Positions 39,498 to 54,395 of a stretch of DNA of 59,769 nt are shown piece after piece. Made by a program: the position numbers and the translations under genes. The stretch comes from Chiloscyllium plagiosum (lineage: Eukaryota): the NCBI RefSeq assembly GCF_004010195.1, contig NC_057719.1, forward strand, positions 29,054,556-29,114,324. The letters are read 5' to 3'. A model generated the notes under the pieces. That model saw only the letters and a program-made list of their open reading frames with translations, had not been told where the DNA came from and did not search any database. Each line of letters opens with the position of its first letter. Position 1 is the stretch's first letter.

Positions 39498-40124
39498 CTG
39501 CTCTCGTGAGGAAAACACAGCGAGGAATTACAATCCAGGTGAAATGTGCATCGACACAGAAACACGCGTCAACATCGGCAGCTAATCAAAGACCCGAAAA
39601 TCACCTTCAAGGTATTTGCTCTGGGCGATGAGCACCCTTGTCAACAACAAAGCAAACTATTTTATGACTATTTTTTACAACTGCTAGTGCTTCCAAATAT
39701 GGCGAATCAATTCAGTGTTCTTTCGGTCTAACATAATTGAGGCATTATTGTCGCAAATAACTGAAGTCAAGATAAGAAGAGACAGATTTGCGTTAAAATT
39801 TAGAAACATTGATTTTGGACCTAACAGACCTCGAAGAAAATCTAAGCGTTTATCCACCCTATATATTGAGCTTCTAAGAGCCAATCTGGAAGGGTTGGCT
39901 TAATCGAGTTGCAAGGACTAATGATTGAAGTATTTCCTTCAGTCTGATGTGATTTACACGAGTCCAGACTTTACTGTGAAATACAAGCAGTTTTAGGCAG
40001 ACACAGATAAGAGTAATCAATCAATTCAGTTGTTTTGTGTACCTATTTGATTCGACGAGTTATTTTAATACCATAAACACGAATTTTAAATTACCTAACT
40101 GCAGCATATTGTCATGTTTTGCTA

Positions 40125-41027
<903 letters not shown>

Positions 41028-41067
41028 TTAAAAAGGGGGAAAACATTCAGCCCACATCTGATTTTCT

Positions 41068-41134
41068 ATTGGACTTGGCAGATTCGGTATCTGGTTGCCA
41101 TGGCTGCCTGTCAATCACTGTCAAATTTGCCAAT
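41068..41134 (-). promoter_or_regulatory. six6 proximal promoter motif cluster (CCAAT, RFX X-box-like, PBX-MEIS/PREP decamer, extra TGACAG)
   Basis: ATTGG 41068-72; GTTGCCATGGCTGC 41094-41107; CTGTCAATCA 41108-41117 (TGATTGACAG on minus); CTGTCA 41118-23; CCAAT 41130-34. All are 215-280 nt upstream of the ATG. Confidence 0.6.
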
Positions 41135-44100
41135 CAACCAGAAGGAAGGGTAAGAATTTTATCACCTCCAAAGAAACCTCACTATTGTTGGAAAAATCTA
41201 ACATATCTTCATTTCTATATTCGGTCGATCTAAAAGAACGAAGTTTTTTTTAATGACGGGTGTGGGTAAATAATTAAGTTCACAGGGAAAATGGATATTT
41301 TATCAGCCCTTTGTCGATCATGATGTTGTTGCTTTCGGAGATACGATTCAAACATCGATTAACGAGAGACGTAAATAGTATTTCGATCAATATTCACTTA
41401 TGTGACAAAACTCGGTTCTTTCAAGTCTTTGGTTCAACATGTATATTTGTATTTAATTCTACTTCTAATAATGTGCAATGTGTAACAATATCCAAACGAG
41501 TAAAATGCTGGGTTGCTGTAATCAGATCTCCAATCGCTTTGCGGCTATTCTGTACCACATATACTTTATGTCAATTTGTTACGCGGAATTACAAAGCATG
41601 AGCTGAAGTCCCCCCAAAGCATTATGGACTAATTTACACTGGCTCTTTTCCATGAAGTTAAAGGCCAACAAAATAAAATAACCTTTTGTATCATAACTTA
41701 TTATCATGATGACAACACAGACCGCATTTCAGAAATAAAACGTAGTATCTGCTTAAAGTTAAACGGTTAAACGCAAAGTGATGCATTTACTTGACAAATA
41801 TCATCGACATGTCAATTTCGGACCGTTGGACTATCAAATCTATTCTAAGTGACTGAATATATTTAAACTGTATCCATTATTAGAGTATCTATAATAATAC
41901 CCTTGTCTTTAAGTACTGACTATCTGCATATACCGACTTTTGAATTAAACAGCATACATTATGGAACTATAAATCCCTATGAACAAAATTCTATATGAAT
42001 ATTTACAAATATGAATATCAAAACATAAGTCGCAATATTTGGTATGGAATATGTCCCTTTTGGATGTAAAAGAAAGTTCAGCGCGGTTAGAAATGACATC
42101 TTTTTACGGTTCGTACTTATATTTTATCACAGTTCTATACAGTTGAACTGAAGATACCCTTTCAAGCCATTTTGAGTGATTTCCGAGGTTGTGGGAATGT
42201 GTTCAGCACATTAAACTATGGTACAATCCACTGCGAGTCGGTGATGGTTGAAAGCCAAGCGCGAGATCTGATAGCAGCTGGCTGTAGCCAGGATGGTATC
42301 AAGCAATCAGTTATTTCAAAAGTAAAGCCACTTAGAACAAAGAACACAACCTGCTTAGCGTAAGAAAATACACTGTTGTATTATGACAATTTCGGGTTCA
42401 GGATGGCGGCTTTTAGAGGTACTGACCTGGCCCTAACGACTATCAATTGCGTCTTCCACGTTTCATTATCACGTGGGAAGCGAATATCTTCCTACTTGAA
42501 ACGTGGATATAGTACTAAATATTTATTTCCCTCTATTTTGTTTGCAGAATAGTTTGACTCCAAAGTATTTCGGTAGGATTATGTTGTTCAACGTAAGCAC
42601 AGTTTCTTGAAACATGTGAAAATGTTTTAAAGTACAGAAACGATACTGGTTCGTACGAACAGCGTCGATTACTGAGATGTTCTTCAATAACGCAAGTGAA
42701 ATCAAATATTTCATTTCCACTAAGAAAGGTGTCAAATGCGATATTTAAGCAGCGCATTTACGGGATTTTTTTGTAGAATTGCTAGGCATAAATTTGTGAC
42801 TTTCTGCATTGTTTTATATTGCGTACTTTTTCGTGTTTTTATTTGTTAATAATATTGGATTGCGACGCGCAAAAAGTCGGCATTCTACGCCTTTTTATTG
42901 TCTACATTATTTCCACATGTTTACAATCAATGCTGCATCACCCAAGCAAACAAAATGCTCTCTGCACCAACTTGTCAGAAAGCATCAATACAATCTGCTA
43001 TTATACGTGGCATTGCGGGCCAGTTTACGCCAGAAAGCTTGTAGCAATGTAACAGTGGCAATAACATAAATCCCAACCTAAATACTTCGACGCAGCAACA
43101 AAAAGCAATCCAAATTGCTGAACTGAATTTACTGGCGCAGTTTGGTCACCTCCATTGCTCAACAATGTTTCTGTACGAATAGTTGGAAAAAAGTGAGGCT
43201 TATTTAAAGATGCATACATACATGCTCGGCACGTAACAGTATTAATATGGCACCACAATTTTATTAAAGAAACAACAACAAATACCTCGTACAGATCTAG
43301 CTACCGAAAACCATAGAACCATTTATTCATCTACGCACCATAGACAAAATATAAAAAATGCAGGCTATTTGGTATCATGCAATATATGGATTAATCAGAG
43401 AACAAACTATTGAATAAATTGTTTATTTATGGGCAGTACGAATTCATGATATGACGCAAAAATATTATTTATTGCGTCTGCTAACATGCATGTGAAATAC
43501 ATTTCACTCCGTTTACTCCGTGCTATACAAATACAAGGTGTGGCTGCTATGTGTTATGTGTCTTCTCAACCGAATTGGAAGACACAACCTAACAGTTTCA
43601 TCAACATAGTTTCATCAACTATGTACGCCGTACATTTATGAAATTTAATCTGTAAAAGGGGATATCATTTCAATGAGGTAGTTGAAAGGATGTTCAAATT
43701 GGTTATACGTAGCTGATTGTATTGGGATGACGGGGCAACGCAACAAAACTTGGAACAAGAAGAACAACATAGCACCAAAATGAGATCTTCTTTAATCTGG
43801 ATAAGCACCTGATGGTAATATTTTAATTAATAAATATAACACCGATGAATGCTCTACGGATTTACAGTATGTGGAAACGTGCACTAATTGTGATAGTTTG
43901 CGCGTCACTGGTTTAAATATATTTATTTTTGATAGATTTCAAGGTTGCATAAATAAAGTTGATACATCCTTGCTGATAAAGAATACATGCTTTGTAAACA
44001 TATCTGTGTATCTCAAATAGAATTTTACTTGCTGTCCTGTAAGGTATTTATTACAACGGAAAATGCGGAGGCCTTTTCGAGGAATGGCCGTAGCATTTCT

Positions 44101-44319
44101 GTCTAACGGCATCACACATATACAGTAGTGGTTCTTTTTTTGCACTCATTCTAGGATGTGGCCTCATTGGTACTGTATATCTAATATGGCATAATTTATC
44201 GTCCATCTGTTCCGAGTAGGCCTGAGAAGGTGATGGCATAACTGAATGCCTTACTAGGTATTTTTAGATGGCAGTAACTGGCTAGTGAACTACTTTGGTA
44301 TTGAGTTTGCATCACATAT

Positions 44320-44529
44320 TGGAGAAAGTGAGGACTGCAGATGCTGGAGATCAGAGTCGAGAGTGTGGTGCTGGAAAAGCACAGCAGGTCAGGCAGCATC
44401 CGAGGAGCAGGAAAGTCGACATTTCGGGGAGAATCCCTTCATCAGGAAGGGTTTATGCTTGAAATGTCAGTACTCCTGCTCCTCGGATACTGCCTGACCT
44501 GCTGTGCTTTTCCAGCACCGCATTCTTAA
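44320..44529. mobile_element. Palindromic Penelope-derived element (2970 family)
   Basis: ggagaaagtgaggactgcagatgctggagatcagag head, inverted arms, cttcatcagg (CTGATGAAG on minus); 9-bp TSD ATCACATAT (44311-19 / 44530-38). Confidence 0.82.
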
Positions 44530-44789
44530 ATCACATATAGGGCAGACCTAAAGACGATAGGTTTACATCCCCAAAACACTTGCATTTGTGTTTGGGTTTT
44601 ACGAAAATGTAACATATTTCTAGTCACTTTTACCGATCCCAGCTTTTAAAAGCCAGGTGTTTTAAAACCGAACTCAGCTCTTGACACAGACATTAAACTC
44701 TTTGGTTGCTTACAGTAAGAATTATTGATTAGAAACACGCACACTTTTTACCGAATCTATAAAGGTAAAGCACGTATAGTTTGCTGTCA

Positions 44790-44937
44790 TTAGAGAAAGT
44801 CGATTGGTAGGGTCACCACACCAAACGAGTTGCTCAGAAAGAGAATCCTTAACGGTAACATCAGCCGGTCCGAGAATTGAACCCCCTATTGGCACAACTC
44901 ACCAGCTGTCCAGCCAACTGAGCTAACTGACCCACTC
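44790..44937 (-). mobile_element. Degenerate tRNA-derived SINE head
   Basis: Minus strand: A box TAGCTCAGTTGG and B box GGTTCAATTCT, no intact cloverleaf. Confidence 0.55.
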
Positions 44938-46654
44938 GGTCTGTAATTAATATTAGATTGGCTTCATAGTATTCATTAGAATTTCAGGTCGATGACATTT
45001 CCTCAGAACCCTTTACCTACCTGTTTCTACAAGCTCTAGACTATGTTTCTTTAAATATGAATGTATTAAAAAGCACATTGCTTAAAAATTGTTTTTTTTA
45101 ACTCGATTTCAACTTGAAGTTAATCAAATTAATATAAATTAATTAATTTAAAAATCAAACTTTTTTTGTGACAGCATTATTACTGGTCGTAACCAAAATT
45201 GAATTTATCGCTTGACACAACTGAACCAACAGCTAATGTAAAAGTATGCAAAACGTAGGTGATCCGTAATTTATTAACCGATATATGACTAACGTTTGCA
45301 AAAAATTTTGTGTCTCCACTCTCGACCATCGGTAACTTCTATTCCATAAACTTTCTGGTTAGGTCTGACATAAAAAAGGATTAACAGCTCTATGTCAAAA
45401 TATCTGCAGTTCTCCGCCTGCATAGTTACTCTTCCCATATGTATTGGTCATCCAAACGGCATCTATTTATGTATTGCTCACTATACAACACACTTTTCCA
45501 ATCTTGTTCCGGCTAACGGTGACTGTCATACTGTAAAGCACAAATATTGCTTAGAATCTAAGATTCTATAAGACCAAAATTGATTTCAGCGATTTCAGCA
45601 TAGTCTCCATTCAGCCACGAATGTAGTAGCAAACGCATCAATTACCTCCCCTTTTAATTTGCTCCCTCTTCTTTGTGGATGGGAGATCGCCACTATTCTC
45701 GAGCAGATGCAAGCCTTGCAATCTACCCATAGGCGTATGACTAATAAAAACGGGCTTCACTGGGGAATTCAACAGCAAAATACCTTCTGATTCTATCAAT
45801 AGAAAGAAGTTTGTACAATAATACTGACGGTCTGTGAAAATACTTCGGGTTATTAACTGACCACCAAATAACTACAGAGCTGTTATTCATTCTCTGGTTA
45901 TTTGAACGCGCTTTAAAACGCACGCTATTGCTTTGGCCTCTAATTTTACATGATTGCTGTTATCTTATGCACACGTTTAAGTATTAAATGTCGCATTCAT
46001 CATAATTTGATTAGGTTTTATTAGCATATGCACCAACCTGTATTTAATGCAAAATACCAAGTTGGTTGTGTACAGTATTCACTGCCATTACGTGGCGCTT
46101 TCTCTGGGGTCATTTTATTTGAGTATTGTGCATCTTAAATAGTAATCAAACCATGAAAAAAACACAGTAAAGCCCAAAATCAAACGTGGCATTTTTAAAT
46201 TGTACGCAATACTTTTTTTTTCTTGTGAGCACAGTTGTAATGTCCATACTGTGTTGTTCATATTCTTTATGCCCATAATCGGCATGGACACCACACCGAA
46301 TTGATGGATCATAATTCCTGTTATTGCTGATATTGATCCTGTAACTCAGCTCCTTTCTTTCTGTCTTGCATTCCTTGTCACCCTTATTTTGGGTAAAACA
46401 TAAAAAAAGTTTCAATTATCACACCGAACAGAAAAGACTTAAAAGAGAAACAATACTTTTAGTAAAATCCCCAATCTATTTTTGAGATGTTCATTACATA
46501 CTTGATGTTTGTGTAACCGCAATCTGTTTTATTAGTGCTCAGAATAATCTTCGTTTTTGGTCAGTCAGTTGAAGGTAGAAGGCTAATATGTGTGTCATAT
46601 GATTTTTTTTTTACCGTGTTATACGACACATTGCTTCGCAATTGATTTATTGCT

Positions 46655-46757
46655 TCTGAGGAAGGGTCACCGACTCGAAATGTTAACTTTGATTTCTCTG
46701 CACAGATGCTGCCAGACCTACTGAGGTTTTCCAGCAACTTCTGTTTTTTTTTGCTTC
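46655..46757 (+). mobile_element. Short Penelope-derived insertion beginning at a hammerhead core (third family)
   Basis: CTGAGGA-A-GGGTC-ACC-GACTC-GAAATGTT from 46656; 12-bp TSD TGATTTATTGCT (46643-54 / 46758-69). Confidence 0.7.
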
Positions 46758-47137
46758 TGATTTATTGCTGATGAGTTAAGTCCAAGGAAGGCAAAGATCT
46801 ATTAGTGCCTAATCCCGTTCAATAAACATAGTACTTAAACTAAGATTCTAGACATAGTTTTCATTTGGTTTTGTAACAATACATTCTGTCTCTGTTAAGC
46901 ATGCTTAAGGGCTGGTTTAATGTCTTTAGAAAACATTACTTTCATAGTTAACATCTTATCAATTTTTTTTTATAAATGACCAATCAGCAATCTCCTCATC
47001 CGGTTTGCATGCCTTCTTTCGATATCATTTAACTCATTTTGTTTTACATATGCTTTCCTCTACATCTAGCATTCAATTGCAAATGTGGGAAGTGCAATAC
47101 TGCGAAGTGCGGATTCCATATGAAAGTGTTACATTTG

Positions 47138-47200
47138 GACTGGTGCTGTGTGATTTTTAACTTTGTCTACCCCAGTCTAACACCAGCACCTCCACATCGT
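47138..47200 (+). mobile_element. Fragment of the 27581-family Penelope repeat
   Basis: tggtg.tgtgtgatttttaac.ttgt..accccagtc.aacacc.gca.ctcca matches 27751-27805. Confidence 0.7.
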
Positions 47201-47619
47201 GGTTGCATTTACTCTGTGTTACTGGCATTTGCACGCGATTCACACAAACATGAAATCAATTCTAAAAAACAAATCAGTGCCTCAGTAAGGCTGATTTGCG
47301 CTCTACATAATGATGGCAGACCACGTTCTAAATTCACAACTACATTGGAGAACTGCTGCTGTGTTGTAACATCTGTGATTCTGTTAGCTCTGCAGTTAAA
47401 AAACACGATGCACAAAAGTTGGTTTATTGGTTGATGTTTACATAATAGTGACCAAAGCAGCAGGAAAGATTGCTGTGTTTAAACGAATATTTCCCTTGCA
47501 GGTTATAATAAACCTCAGTCACCTGCAACTGCCCAGGAACAAATAAAAGGGAGGCAAGCAAGAGCAGAGTGGCCATTTTGAGAAGGGCTGCTTTGTGGTT
47601 GAAGTGCTGCTAGAGGTTT

Positions 47620-49945
47620 AGAGTCATGGAGATGTACAGCATGGAAATAGACCCTTCACTCTCACTCGCCCATGCCGACCAGATACCCTAACTCAATCTA
47701 GTCCCACCTGCCAGCACCTGAACCATACCCCTCCAAACCCTTCCCATTCATATACCCACCCAAATGCCTTTTAAATGTTGCAATCATACTAGCTTCCATC
47801 ACTTCCTCTGGCAGCTCATTCCATGCACGTACCAGCCTCTGCATGAAAAAGTTGCCCCTTTTATCTTTCCCCTCTCACCCTAAACCTATGCCCTCTAGTT
47901 CTGGACTCCCCGATCCCAGGGAAAATACTTTGTCTATTTATCCCATCCATGCCCCTCATGATTTTATAAACCTCTATAAGGTCACCTCTCAGCCTCCAAT
48001 GGTCCAGGGAAACCAGCCCCAGCCTGTTCAGCTTCTCTCTATAGCTCAAGTCCTCCAACCCTGGCAAAATCCTTGTGAATCTTTTCTGAACCCTTTCAAG
48101 TTTCACAACATCCTTCCGATAGGAAGGAGACCAGAATTGCATGCAATATTCCAAAAGTGGCCTAACCAATGTCCTGTACAGCTGCAACATGACCTCCCAA
48201 CTCCTGTACTCACACTCTGACCAAGAAAGGAAAGTATACCAAACGCCTTTTTCACTATCCTATCTATCTCTGACTCCACTTCCAAGGAGCTATGAACCTG
48301 CACTCCAAGCTCTCTTTGTTCAGCATCACTCCTTAGGACTTTACCATTAAGTGTATATGTCCTGCTAAGACTTGCTTTCCAAAAATGCAGCACCTCGCAT
48401 TTATCTAAATTTAATTCCATCTGCCACTTCTCAGCTCATTGGCCCATCTGATCAAGATCCTGTTGCAATCTGAGATAACCTTCTTTGCTGTCCCTACATC
48501 TTCAATTTTTGTGTCATCTGCAAACTTACTAACTATACCTCTTATATTCACATCTAAATCATTTATATAAATGACGAAAAGTAGTGGACCTAGCACCAAT
48601 CCTATGTCACTCCACTTGTCACAGGCCTCCAGTCTGAAAAAAAACCCTTCACCACCACCCTCTGTCTTCTACCTTTGAGACAGTTCTGTATCCAAATAAC
48701 TAGTTCTCCATGTATTCCATGAGATCTAACCTTGCTATCTAGTTTCCCATGGGGAATCTTGTCGAATATCTTACTGAAGTCCATATAGATCACATCCACA
48801 CTCTGTCCTCATCTTTGTTCTTCAAAAAAACTCAACCAAGTTAGTGAGACATGATTTCCCATGCACAAAGCCATGTTGACTATCCCTAAATACATGTACA
48901 TCCTGTCCCTTAGGATTCCCTCCAACAACTTGCCCACCACCGATGTCAGACTCACTGGTCTATAGTGTCCTGGCTTGTCTTTACTACCCTTCTTAACAGT
49001 GGCACCGCATTAGCCAACCTCCAGTTTTCCAGCACCTCAAGGGGCCCAGGAATCACTTCCCTAGCTTCCCACAGGTTGCTAGGATACACCCAATCAGTTC
49101 CTGGGATTTATCCACTTTTATGCGTTTCAAGACATTCAGCACTTCCGCCTCTGTAAGATGACATTTTTCAAGATGTCACTATCTATTACCCTACATTCTA
49201 TATATCTTCCATGTCCTTTTCCACAGTAAAAACTGATGTAAAATACTCGTTTAGTATCTCCCCCATCTCCTGCAGTTCCACACAAAGGCCACTCTGCTGA
49301 TCTTTGAGAGGCCCTATTCTCTCCCTAGTTACCCTTTTGTCCTTAATGTATTTGTAAAAACTCTTTGGATTCTCCTTAACTCTAATTGCAAAAGCTATCT
49401 CATGTCGCCTTTTTGCCCTCCTGATTTCCTTGTTTAGTATATTCCTATTGCCTTTATGCTCTTCTAAGGATTAATTTGATCTATCTTGTCTATACCTGAT
49501 ATATGCTTCCTTCTTTTCTTGACCAAACCCTCAATTTCTTTAGTCATCCAGCATTCCCTATACCTATCAGCCTTTTGTTTCACCCTAACAGGAATGTACT
49601 TTTTCTGTCTTCTCATTATCTCATTTCTGAAGGCTTCCCATTTTCCTGCCGTCCTTTTTCTTGCGAACATCTGCCCCCAATCAGCTTTTGAAAGTTCTTG
49701 CCTAATACCATCAAAATCAGCCTTCCTCCAATTTAGAACTTCAACTTTTAGATCCAGTCTATCCTTTTCCATGACTATTTTAAAACGTGTAGAATTATGG
49801 TCACTGGCCCCAAAGTGCTTCCCCATTGATTCCTCAGTCACCTGCCCTGCCTTATTTCCCAAGAGTGGGTCAAGTTTTGCATCTTCTCTAGTAGGTACAT
49901 CCACATATTGAATCAGAAAATTTTCTTGTACACACTTAACAAATG
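47620..49945 (-). mobile_element. CR1 LINE ORF2, 5'-truncated
   Basis: CVQENFLIQYVDVPTR, IYMDFSKIFDKIPH, VLGPLLFVIYINDLD, SKFADDTK, LVRPLLEYCMQFWSP and 3'UTR. Confidence 0.9.
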
Positions 49946-50056
49946 TGACTTGCCTATTTCTCCTGGCGGTCATACTTGATTGAATTTGCAGTATGACCAT
50001 GTCACTGTAACTAGTGTCTATCATACTCTGTGCCCCCTGTATGCTCCTCAGTGTGT

Positions 50057-52440
50057 GGGTTTAAGTGTGGGCTTTGATAAATATTGAGTTTTGGTGAGGA
50101 AGACAATCAACAAGGAGGTAAGAGCAAGGTAAGATTCTAATTTTTGTCTTAGTGTAAAGGGGTAGAGATAGCATTTCATGCAGTAGTGTCCTCCTCCTGC
50201 CAGATGTGGGAGATCAGGAAGCAGTCTAGTGTCCCTGCCGACTATGCTTGCAGAAATTGTGATCAGCTATAGCTCCTCACAGATTGTCCTTTTTGGTTAG
50301 AGAGGCATTTGGACACACTGAGGAGCATACAGGAGGCACAGAGTATGATAGACACTAGTTACAGTGATGTAGTCATACTGCAGATTCAATCAGGTAGATG
50401 GATGACATAGGAGAAATAGGCAAGTCATGCAGAAGTCTCCTGTGGCTATTTCCCTCCCTAACAAGTATACCATTTTGAATAATGCTGGGGGTATAAGCCT
50501 CACTGAGGAGTACAACAGCAGCCAGGCCCGTTCCACCAAAACTGGTTCTACTGTAGATCAAGGTTGGGCAAATTCCAAGCGAGTATTAGTAGTAGGGGAA
50601 TTGTCGATTGGGGGACAGACAGGCATTTCTGTGGTTGCAATTGAGACTCCAGGATGGTGTGTTGCTTTCCTAGTGGCAGGGTCAGGATATCTCTGAGCAG
50701 TTGCATGAAATTCTTAAGGGCGAGGGTGAGCAGCCAAAGATCGTTGTACATATTGGTACCAACGACATCAGTAAGAAAAGGGATGTGGTCCTGAAGAGTG
50801 ATTATAGGGAGTTAGGGAGAAGGTTAAATGCAGGATCTCAAGGACAGTAATTTCTGGACTACTTCTAGTTCCAAGTATTAGTGAGAGTAGAAATAGGAGG
50901 ATTTGAATGCATGGGCTTGAAGTTGGTGCATGGGGCAAGGATTCAGATTTTTGTATCTTTGGTTTCTCTTCTGGGACAGAGATGACCTGTACAAGAGGGA
51001 TGGGTTGCACCTGGACTGGAGGGGGATCAATATCTTCGGAGGAAAATTTACCAGAACCACTCGGGAAGGTTTAAACTAGTCTGGCAGTGGGGTGGGATCC
51101 AAAGCAGTAGGGAGATAAAACAGACAGTTGAGGACAGTACAGAAGTTAATGAGAGAAAGGTAAATAGTTGGTAATCTCAGTACTAGAAAGGGCAAGTAAG
51201 AGCATGTAGGAAGCAAGAGAAGTCTGGGTTAAACTGTATTTATTTCAATGCAAGAGACCTGACAGGTAAGGCAAATGAATTCAGGGCATAGATGGGTACA
51301 TGGGACTGGGATATTATAGCTATTAGAGAAGGATGGCTGAAGGATAGACAGGACTGGTAGCTCAATGGTCCAGGGCACAGATGCGATAGGAAGGATAGAA
51401 GTGGAGATAAGAGAGGAGGGGGAGTTACATTTTTGAGTAGGGAGAACATCACAGCAGTACTGAGAGAAAACATTTTAGAGGGTTCGTTCATTGAGTCTAT
51501 ATGGATAGAATTGAGAAATAAAGAGGGGGAGAATACTTTGAAAGCATTGTACAGTCGGGCCCCCAAGAGTTAGCAGATTGAGAAGCAAATATGGAACGAG
51601 ATCACAGATATCTGCAAGAATAATAGGGTTGTAATAGTAAGAGATTTTAGCTTTGCTAACATTGACTGGGACTACCATATTGTTAAGGGCTTAGAAGGAG
51701 AGAAATTTGTTACGTGCATTCAGAAAGAATTTCTCATGAAGTATGTCGATGGCCCTACTAAAAAAGTGGCAAACTTGACCTCTTCTTGGGAAATAAGGCA
51801 GGGCGAGTGATGAAAGTGTTAATGGGTGAGCACTCTGGGACTGTAATTTCATTAGTTTTAAAATAGCTATGGAAAAGGATAGATTTGGTCCACAAGTTGA
51901 AAGTTCTAAACTGGGCAAGGCCAATTTTAGCGGTCTTATACAGGAATTTTCAAAACTTAACTGGGGGAAGATGTTTGCAGGAAAGGGACAGTTGACAAGT
52001 GTGAGGCTTTCAAAAGTGAGTTAATGAGGGTTCAGGGCCATCATGTTTCTTTTAGAGTGAAGGATAAGGCTGGAAGGAGTGGGCAACCTTGGATGACTAG
52101 AGTTATTGAGGCTTTCACCTGGTAAAAGAAGGAAACATTTGACATGTAAAAACAGCTGGAATCAAATGAATTCCTTGAGGAGTCTAGAGGGCATCAAAAT
52201 ACACTTAAGAGAGAAATCAGGAGGGCTGAAGGGGGACAAAAGAGGGAATTGGCAGATAAGGTAAAGAAGCAAAGAGATTCGATAAGTACATGAAGCACAA
52301 AAGAGTCACAAGAGAGAGAACAGGGCCTCTTAAAGTTCAACAAGGTCATCTACATGCGGAGCCACAGGGAGAGATCCTAAATGAATATTCCTTGCTGGTA
52401 TCTACTTTTGAGAAAAGTATGAATGCTAGGGAACTTAGAC
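50057..52440 (+). mobile_element. CR1 LINE 5' half: ORF1 (zinc finger/zipper + SGNH esterase) and ORF2 endonuclease, decayed
   Basis: SSCQMWE..DYACRNCDQL, RVLVVGE, VVHIGTNDI, DGLHL, then LNCIYFNAR, DRSGDKRGGGV. Confidence 0.8.
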
Positions 52441-54395
52441 CATAAGACCATAAGACATAGGAGCAGGAATTAGGCCATTCGGTCCATCAAGTATGCTCTG
52501 CCATTCAATCATGGCTGATAAGTTTCTCAACCCCATTCTCAGGCTTTCTCCCCATAACCCTTGATTCTCTTGACAAGCAAGAATCTATCTATTTGCCTTA
52601 AATATACTCAATGACCAGTGCCTTCTGTGGCAATGAATTTCATAGATTCATCACTCTTTGGCAGAAAAGTTTCGCCTTACCTCCATTCTAAATGATCTTC
52701 CCTTTTCTGTAAGGCTGTACCCTCAGGTCACAGACCCTCCAGCCAAGAAACATTTTTCCAATGTCCATTCTGTCAAGGCCATTTAGTATTCTGTAAGTTT
52801 CAATTAGATAACCTCTCCTCCTTCTAAGCTCTAGAGTCCTCAAATGTTCCTCATATGTTAAGCTTTTCATTCCTGGGATCATTCTCATCAACACCTGTGG
52901 ATCTGTGTTAGGGCCAGTCCATCCTTCCTTAGGTGTGGGACCCAAAATTGCTCACAATACTCTAAATATTGTTTGACCAGAGTTTATAAAGCCTCAGAAG
53001 TACATCCCTGCTTTTATATTCTAGTCCTCTTGAAATAAATACCGACATTGTATTTGCTTTCCTAACTACCAATTATATTCCATCTGCCACTTCTTTGCCC
53101 ATTCTCCTAACCTGTCTAAATCCTTCTGCAGCCTCCCAGCCTCCTCAATACTACCTTTCCCTTCACCTTTCTTTGTATCATCCGCAAACTTAGCCAGAAC
53201 ACCCTCAGTTTCTTCAACTAGATCATTAATGTTTAAAATTAAAAGTTGTAGCCCCAACTGACCCTTGCAGATTACCACTAGTCTCTGGCTGCCATCTTTA
53301 GAAGGAGCCTATATCCCCACTCTCTGCTTTCTGCCCGACAGCCAATCTTATCTCTATGCTAGTACCTTGCCTCTTACATCATGGGCCCTTATCTTACTCA
53401 GCAGAGTCCTATGCAGCACCTTGTCAAAGGTCTTCCGGAAGTCCAGATAACATCCATTGGCTCTCCTTGGTCTAACCTGCTTGTTACTTCTTCAAAAAAT
53501 TCTAAGAGATTTGTCAGGCATGACCATGCTATCTTTGTCCTATTTTACCATTCACTTCTGAGTATTCAGAAATCTCATCCTTCACAATGGACTCCAAAAT
53601 CTTACCAACAACTGAGGTCAGGCTAATCAGCCTGTAATTCCCACCTTTTGCTTTACCCCCTTCTTAAACAGAACGGTTACATTAGCCTTTTCCAGTCCTC
53701 TGGGACCATCCCTGACTCCAGTGATTCCTGAAATCACTACCACATCTACTATCTCTTCATCCTTCAGAACTCTGGGGTGAAGTCCATGTGGTTTACCCAC
53801 CATTGGACCTTTCAGTTTTCCTAGCACCTTCTCTTTAGTGATGGTCACTATACTTACCACTGCCCCATGACTCTCTTGAATTTTTGGGATATTGCTCGTG
53901 TCTGCCACCATGAAGACTGATGCAAATCACTTTATTCATTTCCTCAGCCATTTCTTCATTCCCCATTACTATTCCAGTGTCATTTTCCACCTGCCCAATG
54001 TCCACTTATGCCTCTCTTTTGCCCTTGTAAACCCTTGTAATCTTATTTTATATTACTGGCTTGCCCTCATATTTAATCTTCTCCCTTCTTTTTTTGTTGT
54101 CCTCTGTTAGTCTTTGAAGGTTTCCCAATCCTCTGGCTCCCCACTGCCCTTCACTGCATTATATGCTTTCTCTTTTGCTTTTATGCTGTCTCTGACTTCC
54201 TTTGTCAGCTGTGGTTACCTCATCTTCCCTTTAGCATGCATCTTTTTCCCAGGGATGAATTTTTGCTGTGTCTCCTGAATTACTCCCAGAAATGCCTGCA
54301 TTTCTGCTTCATTGTCTTTCCTGTTAGGTTGCTCTCCCAGTCAATTCTGGTCAGCTCCTCCCTCCCTCTCTGTAGTTGCCTCTATTCAACTGTAG
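52441..54395 (-). mobile_element. CR1 LINE, 5'-truncated
   Basis: (CATAAGAC)n tail; LAKFADDTK, LQKDLDRLGEWAKKWQMEY, ANVTVLFKKG. Confidence 0.85.

Noticed and set aside
39082-39565. Overlapping alternative-frame and antisense ORFs across six6 exon 2
   Set aside because: Expected by-product of GC-rich coding sequence; no independent support.
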